Below are positions 8,119-16,166 of a stretch of DNA of 64,000 nt, in pieces. Location of the stretch: assembly GCA_038235165.1 (NCBI GenBank), contig JBBSUG010000024.1, positions 2,430 to 66,429 on the forward strand, in the 5' to 3' direction. Position numbers and translations under genes: made by a program. Below the pieces are notes generated by a model. The model was given only the letters and a program-made list of their open reading frames with translations, was not told where the DNA came from and did no database searches. Position 1 is the stretch's first letter. Each line of letters begins with the position of its first letter. This stretch comes from Pyrinomonadales bacterium (GTDB lineage Bacteria; Acidobacteriota; Blastocatellia; Pyrinomonadales; Pyrinomonadaceae).

Positions 8119-10094
8119 TGAATAAAGACGGAATTGACGATCTACTCGGAAAATATGAAACCGATCACGGCGCAAAGACGGCAGTCGAAAAAGGACTGGA
8201 ACTGATACTTACCGGCTCACAGCTTTTTAACGGCGAAATGCTGGCAACGATCAGTACGGGCAAGATCACACTCGGAGCGGCGGCGGCAGACCGCAACAAA
8301 TGCCGACTGACAGCAAAGACGGCGGACGGCGGCGCGGCGGCAATGGATGTCTTCAACCCGGCAGATGCGGCGCGGCGCGAAAAGTTTATCAAACAAATCA
8401 ACGATGTCGTTCAATTGTCCGACGATGAAAAAAGACAGATTGCCGCCGAACTGATAAATCTGGCAGACGCGGCGGACTCGATTTTCAAAGTCGGATCGGA
8501 AACGAAGTCGAAAAAAGCACAGGGCGAACCGGTTGAAGTGTCATTCAAGGTTCTGACAGACGGGCGCATCATTGAACAGATTCGCAGCGGGTTTGCGGTT
8601 TACAACCCGGAAACCGGCACACACGAAATCACGGATGCCGTCGAAGACGCAGACGGCACAACTTACGCGCCGGTTGACGACGAACTTTTTACGAAACAAG
8701 GCGGCATTCAGCTTGCCGAACAACTAACCGAATACGGCACGGAAACGCAATTGATCGAAGATGTCGAAAAATATCTGTCTTCCTATCTCGATCTGAAACC
8801 GCTGTTTTTGAGATTGACGGCGTTTTATATTTTGTTCACTTACATTTTCGATTCAGATTCGATTCTCGAACTTTCATATTTGAACGCGACCGGCGACCCC
8901 GGCAGCGGCAAAAGTCGTTTCGGAATGACGGTTTGTTACGGCTCACATCGCGGACTTTCGCTTGTCACGCCAAGTGCGGCAAGTCTTTACCGGATCGTTG
9001 ATAAATTCAAGCCGACTTTGTTTCTTGACGAATTCAACTCCGATGCCAACTCTGACGACGGCGCGGCAATCATTCAGATTCTAAATGCCGGCATTCAAAA
9101 GACAGCACAAATTCCCCGACAGTCCGCAACCGCTGACGGGAAATATAAAACAGAAATGTTTGATGCTTTTTGCCCGAAAATTATCGGTTCGCTTAAACAA
9201 AGCGCGTCGAATGCTTTCAACTCCAGATGTATCGAAATTCAAATGGAGCGAACGCAGCGGAATGATATTCCGCTGCGCCTTTCCCGGAAGCATTTAAGCG
9301 ACGCGCTGAATATCCGTAACAAGTTGACGTTGTGGAGACTTCGGAACATCTCAATTGACTTTGACACCCGACTTGACCGGGCGGAACGTGAATTGAGAGA
9401 AAGCGGAATTATGCCGCGCTCGATACAAATCAACATTCCGCTGTTCGCGCTGATCGTGGACGATAAATTGAAACGCGAATTCATTTCACTTCTGAAAGGG
9501 CGTGATGAAGTGTTGACCGATGAAAAACAGCGGACGTTTGACGGCGAACTTATTCAAACGCTTCACACGATTCTTTTTGATGTCGAAGAAAGCGGCGCGG
9601 CGGTCTGGAGCGATCAAGTCGGCGGAACGCAACCGGCGGACGGCGAACTTTGCGAACATTTACGAATCGAAAAAATAGTTTCGATGCTTAACGACGGACT
9701 AAACCAAAAAGACCATTTCAACAGCCGGTATATCGGAAAGAAAATCAGCAGTTTCGGTTTGAGATCGTCACAAATTCTGAGGAGAAAATCCGATTATCAC
9801 AAAAAATCAGCCATTCGCTTTGACGCGCACCGGCTGAAAATAATATTCAAAAATTACGGCTTACCCACACCCGGCGATTTTCAATTAGACCAATTAGACC
9901 AAAACGCTAACATCAATATTGACAGCTACTTAACCCGGTCTAATGGGGAAACGAACGGAAACGGCAATCAAACGCCAATAGACCAAGCTAAACCCAATGG
10001 ACACAGCACTAACAGCGATTGGTCTAATTGGTCTAATGAAAATACGGGAAACGGGGTGAAAGCGGCAAAAGTGTTAGTTGATGAGGTAATGTGA
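8118..10094 (+). CDS. P-loop NTPase, putative replicative helicase (P4-alpha / VirE-like C-terminal module)
   Basis: Walker A GDPGSGKS and Walker B TLFLDEF. Position after the Toprim gene. Low-complexity Asn/Gly/Asp C-terminal tail. Confidence 0.65.
   Translation: MNKDGIDDLLGKYETDHGAKTAVEKGLELILTGSQLFNGEMLATISTGKITLGAAAADRNKCRLTAKTADGGAAAMDVFNPADAARREKFIKQINDVVQLSDDEKRQIAAELINLADAADSIFKVGSETKSKKAQGEPVEVSFKVLTDGRIIEQIRSGFAVYNPETGTHEITDAVEDADGTTYAPVDDELFTKQGGIQLAEQLTEYGTETQLIEDVEKYLSSYLDLKPLFLRLTAFYILFTYIFDSDSILELSYLNATGDPGSGKSRFGMTVCYGSHRGLSLVTPSAASLYRIVDKFKPTLFLDEFNSDANSDDGAAIIQILNAGIQKTAQIPRQSATADGKYKTEMFDAFCPKIIGSLKQSASNAFNSRCIEIQMERTQRNDIPLRLSRKHLSDALNIRNKLTLWRLRNISIDFDTRLDRAERELRESGIMPRSIQINIPLFALIVDDKLKREFISLLKGRDEVLTDEKQRTFDGELIQTLHTILFDVEESGAAVWSDQVGGTQPADGELCEHLRIEKIVSMLNDGLNQKDHFNSRYIGKKISSFGLRSSQILRRKSDYHKKSAIRFDAHRLKIIFKNYGLPTPGDFQLDQLDQNANINIDSYLTRSNGETNGNGNQTPIDQAKPNGHSTNSDWSNWSNENTGNGVKAAKVLVDEVM
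9884..10037. repeat. 19-bp perfect inverted repeat with tandem 9-mer arms, lying inside the helicase 3' coding region
   Basis: ATTAGACCAATTAGACCAA (9884-9902) pairs with TTGGTCTAATTGGTCTAAT (10019-10037). Extra degenerate copies GGTCTAAT and CAATAGACC lie in between. Confidence 0.9.
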
Positions 10095-10381
10095 TGAACC
10101 AAAAAACACAAAAGAAACAATTGAACCGGCAGCTTCAAGATTACGGAGAATGGTTATTCTCCGAACTTAAAAAGCAGGGCATTGATCTTGAAGTTGTCGG
10201 AAACGGTTTGCGCGTCAAAGGCGAAATCACGGCGGCGCAAAAAGAGTTTATCCGTATCTGGAAACGGCAATTGATCGAAGCCGCATCGCCGAAATGCCGA
10301 AACTGCAATTTAGCGATGGATTTAATTGAAGACGGCAAACTTTGGTTTTGTCCGGTTGGCTGTGAAAGCAGGGAAAAATAA
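10091..10381 (+). CDS. Small hypothetical protein with C-terminal zinc-ribbon-like motif
   Basis: ATG overlaps the upstream stop. Contains CRNC...CPVGC. Confidence 0.5.
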   Translation: MMNQKTQKKQLNRQLQDYGEWLFSELKKQGIDLEVVGNGLRVKGEITAAQKEFIRIWKRQLIEAASPKCRNCNLAMDLIEDGKLWFCPVGCESREK

Positions 10382-10384
10382 TTT

Positions 10385-10558
10385 ATGAATACCGAATTTA
10401 CAACGATGCTTTACGACCGCAAACACTTGGTTATCCGAAACGAAGCAGACCGAAACCCGCTGGTAATTTGCGAATGTTACTTGCTCGAATCCGCCGAAAC
10501 GATCTGCGCGGCGTTAATTGAACTGGAAAAACAAAAAGGAGAAAAAACTAATGACTAA
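10385..10558 (+). CDS. Small hypothetical protein (57 aa, below the track cutoff)
   Basis: My own translation: MNTEFTTMLYDRKHLVIRNEADRNPLVICECYLLESAETICAALIELEKQKGEKTND. Tightly packed, overlapping the next ATG in ATGACTAA. Confidence 0.35.
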   Translation: MNTEFTTMLYDRKHLVIRNEADRNPLVICECYLLESAETICAALIELEKQKGEKTND

Positions 10559-11129
10559 CGAAACGAAACAACAAATAAAAGAAAACGAAATAACCGTCAA
10601 TCGCTGGAAGGCGGAAAGACTTGCCAAAATTCTAAATCAAAGCGTCGTTTTGCCCGACAACACGGCACAGGCTTTTTATAAAATAGTCGGTGAATTTACT
10701 GAAGGTTTCAGAATTGAAACCCTGCGCGAAAAGATGGATGCGGAAATGCCGAAACTTTGGGATTTTATGCCGCTGCCGAAAAATGAAGACGAATGGACGG
10801 AGTATTTCAATGATTTACTAACCGACTGTGCGGCTCAAGAATGTCTGACGATAAAAGAGGTCTGGCAGATAATCGGATACGACCCGGCAGAATTTGAGAA
10901 ACTGCGCGGCAACGGCTTTTCCTTTGTTGAGGCGTTTGGCGAATTGCATTTGAAGGAAACCGCCGAACAGACGGACGCGCGAACAAAAAACCTTGCACCC
11001 GAACAGTGTCAAGAACGGATTGAACACGCGGTAAATCAGTGGCGGGAAGGTCAAAAAGAGGTTTCGAGACTGCAAAACAACGCATTTAATAAGTTTGGCG
11101 TGAACATCCGTTTAGAGAACGGATTATAG
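10551..11129 (+). CDS. Hypothetical protein
   Basis: ORF in operon context, start taken at MTNETKQQ. No motif recognised. Confidence 0.5.
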   Translation: MTNETKQQIKENEITVNRWKAERLAKILNQSVVLPDNTAQAFYKIVGEFTEGFRIETLREKMDAEMPKLWDFMPLPKNEDEWTEYFNDLLTDCAAQECLTIKEVWQIIGYDPAEFEKLRGNGFSFVEAFGELHLKETAEQTDARTKNLAPEQCQERIEHAVNQWREGQKEVSRLQNNAFNKFGVNIRLENGL

Positions 11130-11199
11130 GAATAGTCGGAGCAAGGCTTAACCAATAAAACGCGCTCAAATCGAAGGCGAAACGGACGGAATAACTCAA

Positions 11200-11634
11200 A
11201 TGGCAGAAAACACGAAAACAAACGGCGAACAGACGGCGAACCGGCAAACAAACGGCACATTTGCGCCCGGTCACAAACTCGGCAAACGGTTTCAGAAAGG
11301 CGAAACGGGCAACAAAAACGGACGACCGAAAATCACGAAATTGACCGACGCACTCCGGGAACAACTCGCCGAAGCCGCCCCGGACGCGCCCGAAGAAACG
11401 ATTGCCGAAGTGATCGCGCGGGCATTGATTCGGGAAGCGAAATCCGGCAACGTGCAGGCGATTCGGGAAATCGCCGACCGCACCGAAGGCAAACCGAAAC
11501 AGGCGATTGATGTTGACTTTCAAATTTCGGACTGGCGAACGATGGCGAAAAATTATTCATTAACGGAAAACGATGTTATCAGAGAAGCAAAATTACTCAT
11601 TGCAGAATCCGCTGCTGATTCAAGCGGCGAATAA
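11200..11634 (+). CDS. Terminase small subunit-like protein (DUF5681-type)
   Basis: FQKGETGNKNGRPK motif and AKSGNVQAIREIADRTEGKP, typical of small terminases. Lies directly upstream of TerL. Confidence 0.65.
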   Translation: MAENTKTNGEQTANRQTNGTFAPGHKLGKRFQKGETGNKNGRPKITKLTDALREQLAEAAPDAPEETIAEVIARALIREAKSGNVQAIREIADRTEGKPKQAIDVDFQISDWRTMAKNYSLTENDVIREAKLLIAESAADSSGE

Positions 11635-11680
11635 CGCAATCAAAAAACGGATTGACCGGGAAAGAGGCGATGCCGTGTTG

Positions 11681-12394
11681 ATGGCGGAACGCGCAGGGAT
11701 TATCCCCGACCCGTGGCAAGCCGACCTTTTGCGGTCCGACGCGAAGCAAATGGTTTTGAACTGTTCGCGGCAAAGCGGCAAATCAACGGTTAGTTCGGTG
11801 TTGACGATTCACCAGGGGATTTATAAAGACAATTCGCTAAGTCTGCTGCTGTCGCCGTCGCTTCGTCAATCGCAGGAATTATTCCGCAAAGTGCAGACGG
11901 TTTACAACAATCTGCATTCGCCGATGATTCCGCAAACAACCGACGAATCAGCATTGAGAATGCAGTTTGACAACGGTTCGCGCATTATCGCACTGCCGGG
12001 AACGGAAGCGACGATCAGAGGTTTCAGCGATGTTGACTTACTGATTATTGACGAAGCATCAAGAGTGTCGGACGCTCTGTACCAAAGTGTCAGACCGATG
12101 CTTGCCGTGTCCGGCGGGCGCATCATTCTACTGTCAACGCCGTTCGGCAAACGCGGTTTCTTTCATCAGGAATGGACGGAAGGCGAAGACTGGCAGCGCG
12201 TGAAAATTACCGCCGACGAATGCCCGCGCATTGATCAGGGATGGTTAGAGCGCGAACGGAAAATGATCGGCGATTGGTGGTTTTTGCAGGAGTATTTCTG
12301 CGAATTTGTTGAAACAAACGATCAGGTTTTTAGCTACGACGATATTCAAGCGGCAATCAGCGACGATCTCGAACCGCTTTTCCCAATGGAGTAA
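11681..12394 (+). CDS. Terminase large subunit, ATPase domain only
   Basis: Walker A CSRQSGKST, Walker B LLIIDEAS, coupling motif LSTP, and QEYFCEF at the domain end. Stops at TAA 12392-12394. Confidence 0.75.
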   Translation: MAERAGIIPDPWQADLLRSDAKQMVLNCSRQSGKSTVSSVLTIHQGIYKDNSLSLLLSPSLRQSQELFRKVQTVYNNLHSPMIPQTTDESALRMQFDNGSRIIALPGTEATIRGFSDVDLLIIDEASRVSDALYQSVRPMLAVSGGRIILLSTPFGKRGFFHQEWTEGEDWQRVKITADECPRIDQGWLERERKMIGDWWFLQEYFCEFVETNDQVFSYDDIQAAISDDLEPLFPME

Positions 12395-12404
12395 AACAAC
12401 AAAA

Positions 12405-13091
12405 ATGATAAACAGCCGATACGAAGACGAACAAACAACAAAAACCGAAAAATCACTATTTATCGGTTTGGACTTGGGTCAAGCGCAAGATTTTTCTGCG
12501 CTCGGGATTGTCGAATGCGTCCGGTCAACTACGACTTACGACGAAACATTCGACATCACAGCGTTAAACTGCATTCATTTGCAGCGGTGGCAGCTTCGCA
12601 CACCATACCCGGCAATCGTCGCCGACGTGGTGAAAATGGTCAACGGGTTGAAACCGTTTCAATCGCCGGATTATAAACCCGTCTTAGCCATTGACGCGAC
12701 GGGCGTCGGTGCGCCGGTGGTGGATTTATTCAAACGCGAAACGATCAACGCCGAACTAAAGCCGATTCAAATTGTCGGCGGCGCGAACGTGTCCGAAGAA
12801 TTCGGCACAACCCGCGTACCGAAACGCGATTTAGTCAGCGTCGTGCAAGTTGCGCTGCAAAGCAAAACTTTGAAAATCAGCGGCAAACTTCCCGAAGCCG
12901 CGACGCTTTCGCGGGAACTGGAAAACTTCACAGTCAAAATCACGGATGCGGCGAACGACGTGTACGGCGCGTGGCGCGAAGGAACGCACGACGATTTGGT
13001 GCTTGCCGTCGCCTTGGCTCTGTGGACGGCAAACAAAACACCGTTTCGAATAACGGAGCGGTCAAAGCAACTTTTCAGCAGCTTAGTTTAA
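12405..13091 (+). CDS. Terminase large subunit, RNase-H-like nuclease domain only
   Basis: IGLDLGQAQDFSAL, AIDATGVG and GTHDDLVLAVALALW are the catalytic acidic motifs of the TerL nuclease. Reading frame differs from the ATPase ORF, with a 10-nt gap. Confidence 0.75.
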   Translation: MINSRYEDEQTTKTEKSLFIGLDLGQAQDFSALGIVECVRSTTTYDETFDITALNCIHLQRWQLRTPYPAIVADVVKMVNGLKPFQSPDYKPVLAIDATGVGAPVVDLFKRETINAELKPIQIVGGANVSEEFGTTRVPKRDLVSVVQVALQSKTLKISGKLPEAATLSRELENFTVKITDAANDVYGAWREGTHDDLVLAVALALWTANKTPFRITERSKQLFSSLV

Positions 13092-13194
13092 TACAAGATG
13101 CAAATGAGTTTGTGGCAAATTTTTGTTACAAACACCAACAACCAACCAACCGGCGAACGCGCCGAAATTTAGAAAATTTAGGGAGAAAAGACAA

Positions 13195-13371
13195 ATGGCA
13201 GAAGAAGCAACAAATAATAGTATCTATGACAAGATTCGCGCCGCCGCCGTCGAAAGGCGAAATGCGCGAACCAAAGAAAAAGAAAAAGCCGACGAATTTC
13301 TTGCCCGGGCAAGAAACAGCGAAACCCCGCTTAACGAAGTAAACCGAAGAATGAGAGGAGAAAACAAATAA
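13195..13371 (+). CDS. Small basic hypothetical protein
   Basis: GGGAG Shine-Dalgarno sequence before the ATG at 13195. Lys/Arg/Glu-rich. Confidence 0.4.
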   Translation: MAEEATNNSIYDKIRAAAVERRNARTKEKEKADEFLARARNSETPLNEVNRRMRGENK

Positions 13372-14021
13372 TGAAAGCACTTGAGATTAAATCCGAAATT
13401 GATAAGACACAATCAAGAATCGCAGAACTGGAAACGGAACGGGAACAGCAGACAGCAACCGTTGAAGCGGCTGAAAAATCATACATTAACGGCAAGGCGG
13501 ACATTGCCAAACTCAATGACGCGCAGGGCAAGCTAAGCCTCTATGAGCGCACTATTGAGTCATTACGGGCAACTTATCAAAGGTTAAAATCTGCTTTTGA
13601 AAGTCAGTCGGAAGTTGAAACCCGACGCGAACAAATAAAGCAAATGACGGCAGCGGCGAACGAAGTCGGACCGCTTGTTAATAACTACTTAAAAACTAGA
13701 GATGAATTTCACGAAATTGTGAAAGGCTACGCTGAAAGGCTAATTGCCGAAGGTGAAATGTATCGAAGCAAGCAAGCGCAGTATCGTCAGATCGTCGGAG
13801 AATTAGAGCCAACTGCCGAAGAAATCCAAACAACCGGGCTTGACCAGCAAACATTAACGAGAGCGGGCGCGACTTACTTCAACCATCCGCCGCTTGAATA
13901 CGGCGAACCGATTCAGCTTGCCGAAAATCTGCTTGCCGCAAAAACTAACAAAGCGGAGCAGGCAAAAAGAGCGGCGGCATTTAGGGAAGCAAGCGCGAAG
14001 GCAATTCACAGTAACTTTTAA
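13371..14021 (+). CDS. Coiled-coil hypothetical protein (216 aa)
   Basis: Heptad-like, charged sequence throughout. ATGA overlap with the previous ORF. No family recognised. Confidence 0.55.
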   Translation: MKALEIKSEIDKTQSRIAELETEREQQTATVEAAEKSYINGKADIAKLNDAQGKLSLYERTIESLRATYQRLKSAFESQSEVETRREQIKQMTAAANEVGPLVNNYLKTRDEFHEIVKGYAERLIAEGEMYRSKQAQYRQIVGELEPTAEEIQTTGLDQQTLTRAGATYFNHPPLEYGEPIQLAENLLAAKTNKAEQAKRAAAFREASAKAIHSNF

Positions 14022-14046
14022 GCAAAAATAAGGAGACAAGACAACT

Positions 14047-14484
14047 ATGACGCAGGAAGAAATACAAATACAAAATGCACAAAATGCACAGGACATTATC
14101 ACGCTCGATTATCCGAAATGGAGTTTTCAACAAAGACGGGCGAACCGCTCCGACGATCACGGACTCTGGCAGCAGGAACGCGACCGGGTGCTTTCCCGGC
14201 AGCAAATTGACAACCAATCCGCCAAAAGCAGTTATCTTGCCGATCTTGAAGCGAAACGGGCGGACAAACGCGCCGAACACGAAGCCGAACTTGACCGGCA
14301 GCTAGAACCGCAAAAGCAGACAATGATGCGCGACTGGATGGCAAACCATCCGGGCAAAACAGCCGCCGACTTTGAAAAGGATGCCTGGACGCATTTAAGG
14401 CAAAATTTAGTCGAACAGCGTGAAAGTGAAATGACACGGGCGACCATCGAAAGCGAACGGGCAAGCGGTAGATACTCGCTGTAA
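14047..14484 (+). CDS. Highly charged hypothetical protein (145 aa)
   Basis: GGAG lies 10 nt upstream of the start. Glu/Arg/Gln-rich. Confidence 0.5.
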   Translation: MTQEEIQIQNAQNAQDIITLDYPKWSFQQRRANRSDDHGLWQQERDRVLSRQQIDNQSAKSSYLADLEAKRADKRAEHEAELDRQLEPQKQTMMRDWMANHPGKTAADFEKDAWTHLRQNLVEQRESEMTRATIESERASGRYSL

Positions 14485-14597
14485 ATTATCGCAGCGCAAA
14501 AAATAAAATAGCCGTCGTCATTACTTTGCCGGTAAATAAATTATCTTTTACCCCGGCAATTCATACCAAAACGACCGCTATGTTACCCCCGACGAAA

Positions 14598-14630
14598 AAG
14601 CCGCAAGCGTAAAAACTTGCGGCTTTATAT
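14598..14630. terminator. Terminator hairpin between convergent modules
   Basis: AAGCCGCAAG / CTTGCGGCTT 10-bp stem, A-run before and T-rich sequence after. Confidence 0.6.
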
Positions 14631-14633
14631 TTC

Positions 14634-14649
14634 CGTTCCAATTGGAACG
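14634..14649. repeat. Perfect 16-bp palindrome CGTTCCAATTGGAACG
   Basis: Self-complementary with no loop, in the convergent intergenic region of the element. Confidence 0.85.
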
Positions 14650-14653
14650 CTTT

Positions 14654-14893
14654 CTAAGTATGGTGTTTCAAGAATTTCTTTTTGAACCCGGTGAAAAACT
14701 TTTTAATTCGCGGATTGCCCGCCGCATAATCAATAATCGAATTGATTTCTTTAATAACTTCCTTGCTGTTCACCGCATATCTTGTCTGACAGTCAGCAAG
14801 ATAATTGACGATCCCAGTTTCCTGTTCGGCGGTCAAATTAACGGTTTCGGTTTTAGCAGTATCGGCTGCAATCGGTTCAATATTTGTAGTCAT
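14654..14893 (-). CDS. Hypothetical protein (79 aa)
   Basis: ORF with GGAG upstream, last gene of the leftward operon. Confidence 0.5.
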   Translation of the reverse strand: MTTNIEPIAADTAKTETVNLTAEQETGIVNYLADCQTRYAVNSKEVIKEINSIIDYAAGNPRIKKFFTGFKKKFLKHHT

Positions 14894-14943
14894 TTTATGT
14901 TATTCTCCTATGTGTGAATCAAATCATTCGTGGTTTGAAAGAG

Positions 14944-14985
14944 AGGCTTAGGTTGCTGTAACTTCCTAAGCCTTTCGTTTTTATT
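14944..14985. terminator. Hairpin with T-run (attenuator or terminator-like)
   Basis: AGGCTTAGG / CCTAAGCCT stem followed by TTCGTTTTTATTT on the + strand. Lies between two co-oriented minus-strand ORFs. Confidence 0.35.
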
Positions 14986-15295
14986 TAGTTCGTTCGATGT
15001 AGATTGCACAGAGCCGCGCGGCGGCGCGATGGCGGCACGGGAAGCCGTTTGCAAACGCTTTGCACTGACAAGTTCCGTTTGCCGTATAAATCTCGCTGGA
15101 AGTATCCGACATCATTAAAAGACTGTGTGAGTCGTGATCGTATGTCATATACGGATTCGATTCAATTTCGACCGTTGCCTTGGCAATCGCGTTAATCCAT
15201 CGTTGCCCGTTTTTCGATGCCGGGTTGATCTTTGCGATAGATTCGGCGGCAATTTGTCCTAAAACTTCGTGGTTGATCGTTGAAAATGTGTTCAT
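14981..15295 (-). CDS. SWIM zinc-finger protein
   Basis: CQCKAFANGFPCRH matches the CxCx(n)CxH SWIM signature. Confidence 0.65.
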   Translation of the reverse strand: MNTFSTINHEVLGQIAAESIAKINPASKNGQRWINAIAKATVEIESNPYMTYDHDSHSLLMMSDTSSEIYTANGTCQCKAFANGFPCRHRAAARLCAIYIERTK

Positions 15296-15366
15296 TGTTT
15301 TATTCCGTCCTTATTCGAGTTGGTGTTTCTACAAGTGCGGATTCCGCACTTGTAGAGGGTTTATGT

Positions 15367-15525
15367 TTAGTTGGCGTTGATGATTCGTTTGGCTTGTTTG
15401 AGAGCGTCACCGGTGAACTTATGCGCCCAAACTGATACGCCGTCCGCATCGTTGATAAATATTTGTCTGCCGTTGTAGCTTTCAAATACCGTGACTGTGT
15501 AACCTTTGTATGTAAAATTTTTCAT
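15367..15525 (-). CDS. Small hypothetical protein (52 aa, below the track cutoff)
   Basis: My own translation: MKNFTYKGYTVTVFESYNGRQIFINDADGVSVWAHKFTGDALKQAKRIINAN. GGAG upstream. Preferred over the overlapping 15300-15485 ORF. Confidence 0.35.
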   Translation of the reverse strand: MKNFTYKGYTVTVFESYNGRQIFINDADGVSVWAHKFTGDALKQAKRIINAN

Positions 15526-15580
15526 CGTTGCTAACTCCGTTTTTTAGATTCGCTAATTTCTTAACTTCACTAATAATACT

Positions 15581-15673
15581 ATTCTTTAGGGATAGCTATC
15601 AAGTCTTTAAGAATGATTTTAATTCTTTAGGGCTACTTTTTTATTCTTTATTGCACTTATATTATTCTTAGGG
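15581..15673. promoter_or_regulatory. Array of direct repeats ATTCTTTAGGG (operator-like) in the divergent switch region
   Basis: Copies at 15581-15591, 15622-15632, 15643-15653 (ATTCTTTATTG) and 15664-15673 (ATTCTTAGGG). The last three are spaced 21 bp apart. An inverted variant lies at about 15604-15614. Confidence 0.55.
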
Positions 15674-15687
15674 TATGATTGTAAAGT

Positions 15688-15888
15688 ATGAACAGTGGTG
15701 AACTTAAAAAAAGGCGTGTAAGCATTGGATTAACGCAGGCAGGGCTGGCTGAAAAAATTGGGGTTGTTCCGAATACGGTTTCCCGGTATGAAACTGATTC
15801 GCTCGAAATTCCTATTTATATGGAATTAGTTTTAGAGGCTCTGGAAAGTCGGAAAATAAAACAGCTTCAAGCGACATCTGAAAAATAA
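15688..15888 (+). CDS. XRE-family HTH transcriptional regulator (Cro/CI-like)
   Basis: LTQAGLAEKIGVVPNTVSRYE is the canonical HTH_3 motif. Confidence 0.8.
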   Translation: MNSGELKKRRVSIGLTQAGLAEKIGVVPNTVSRYETDSLEIPIYMELVLEALESRKIKQLQATSEK

Positions 15889-15892
15889 ATAT

Positions 15893-16075
15893 ATGAATAA
15901 AAAGCTATTCCCGGTTCAGGTCTTTATCTTAATCGTTTTAGGTGCAACCGGATTATTCCGATTCTCCGAGGGTGTGCGAACGGTTGACGTGATCGGATTA
16001 TTTGCAAGCGGTATGGTTTGCGGCGCGGCGTTGGTCTGGATCGTCGTCGCTCTCAAAGGTAAGTCGAAGCAATAA
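15893..16075 (+). CDS. Small two-TM membrane protein
   Basis: Two hydrophobic helices (VQVFILIVLGATGLF and GMVCGAALVWIVVAL). Lies 4 nt after the XRE gene. Confidence 0.5.
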   Translation: MNKKLFPVQVFILIVLGATGLFRFSEGVRTVDVIGLFASGMVCGAALVWIVVALKGKSKQ

Positions 16076-16150
16076 AAAAATAAAAAAAGCCGCCGGTTCT
16101 GACAAACCAGCGACTTCGATCTTTGATAACTAAATATCTAAATACCCTTT

Positions 16151-16166
16151 AAGCAAAAGCAGTCTA
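16151..16166. repeat. Right copy of the 16-bp inverted repeat (partner 4763-4778)
   Basis: AAGCAAAAGCAGTCTA. Confidence 0.85.

Noticed and set aside
11086-11523. 145-aa minus-strand ORF.
   Set aside because: It is antisense to the TerS-like gene and breaks the otherwise uniform rightward operon.
15300-15485. 61-aa minus-strand ORF from the track.
   Set aside because: The overlapping 52-aa ORF (15367-15525) has an ATG preceded by GGAG and plausible globular composition. The 61-aa frame is Ser/Thr/Pro-rich with no Shine-Dalgarno sequence.
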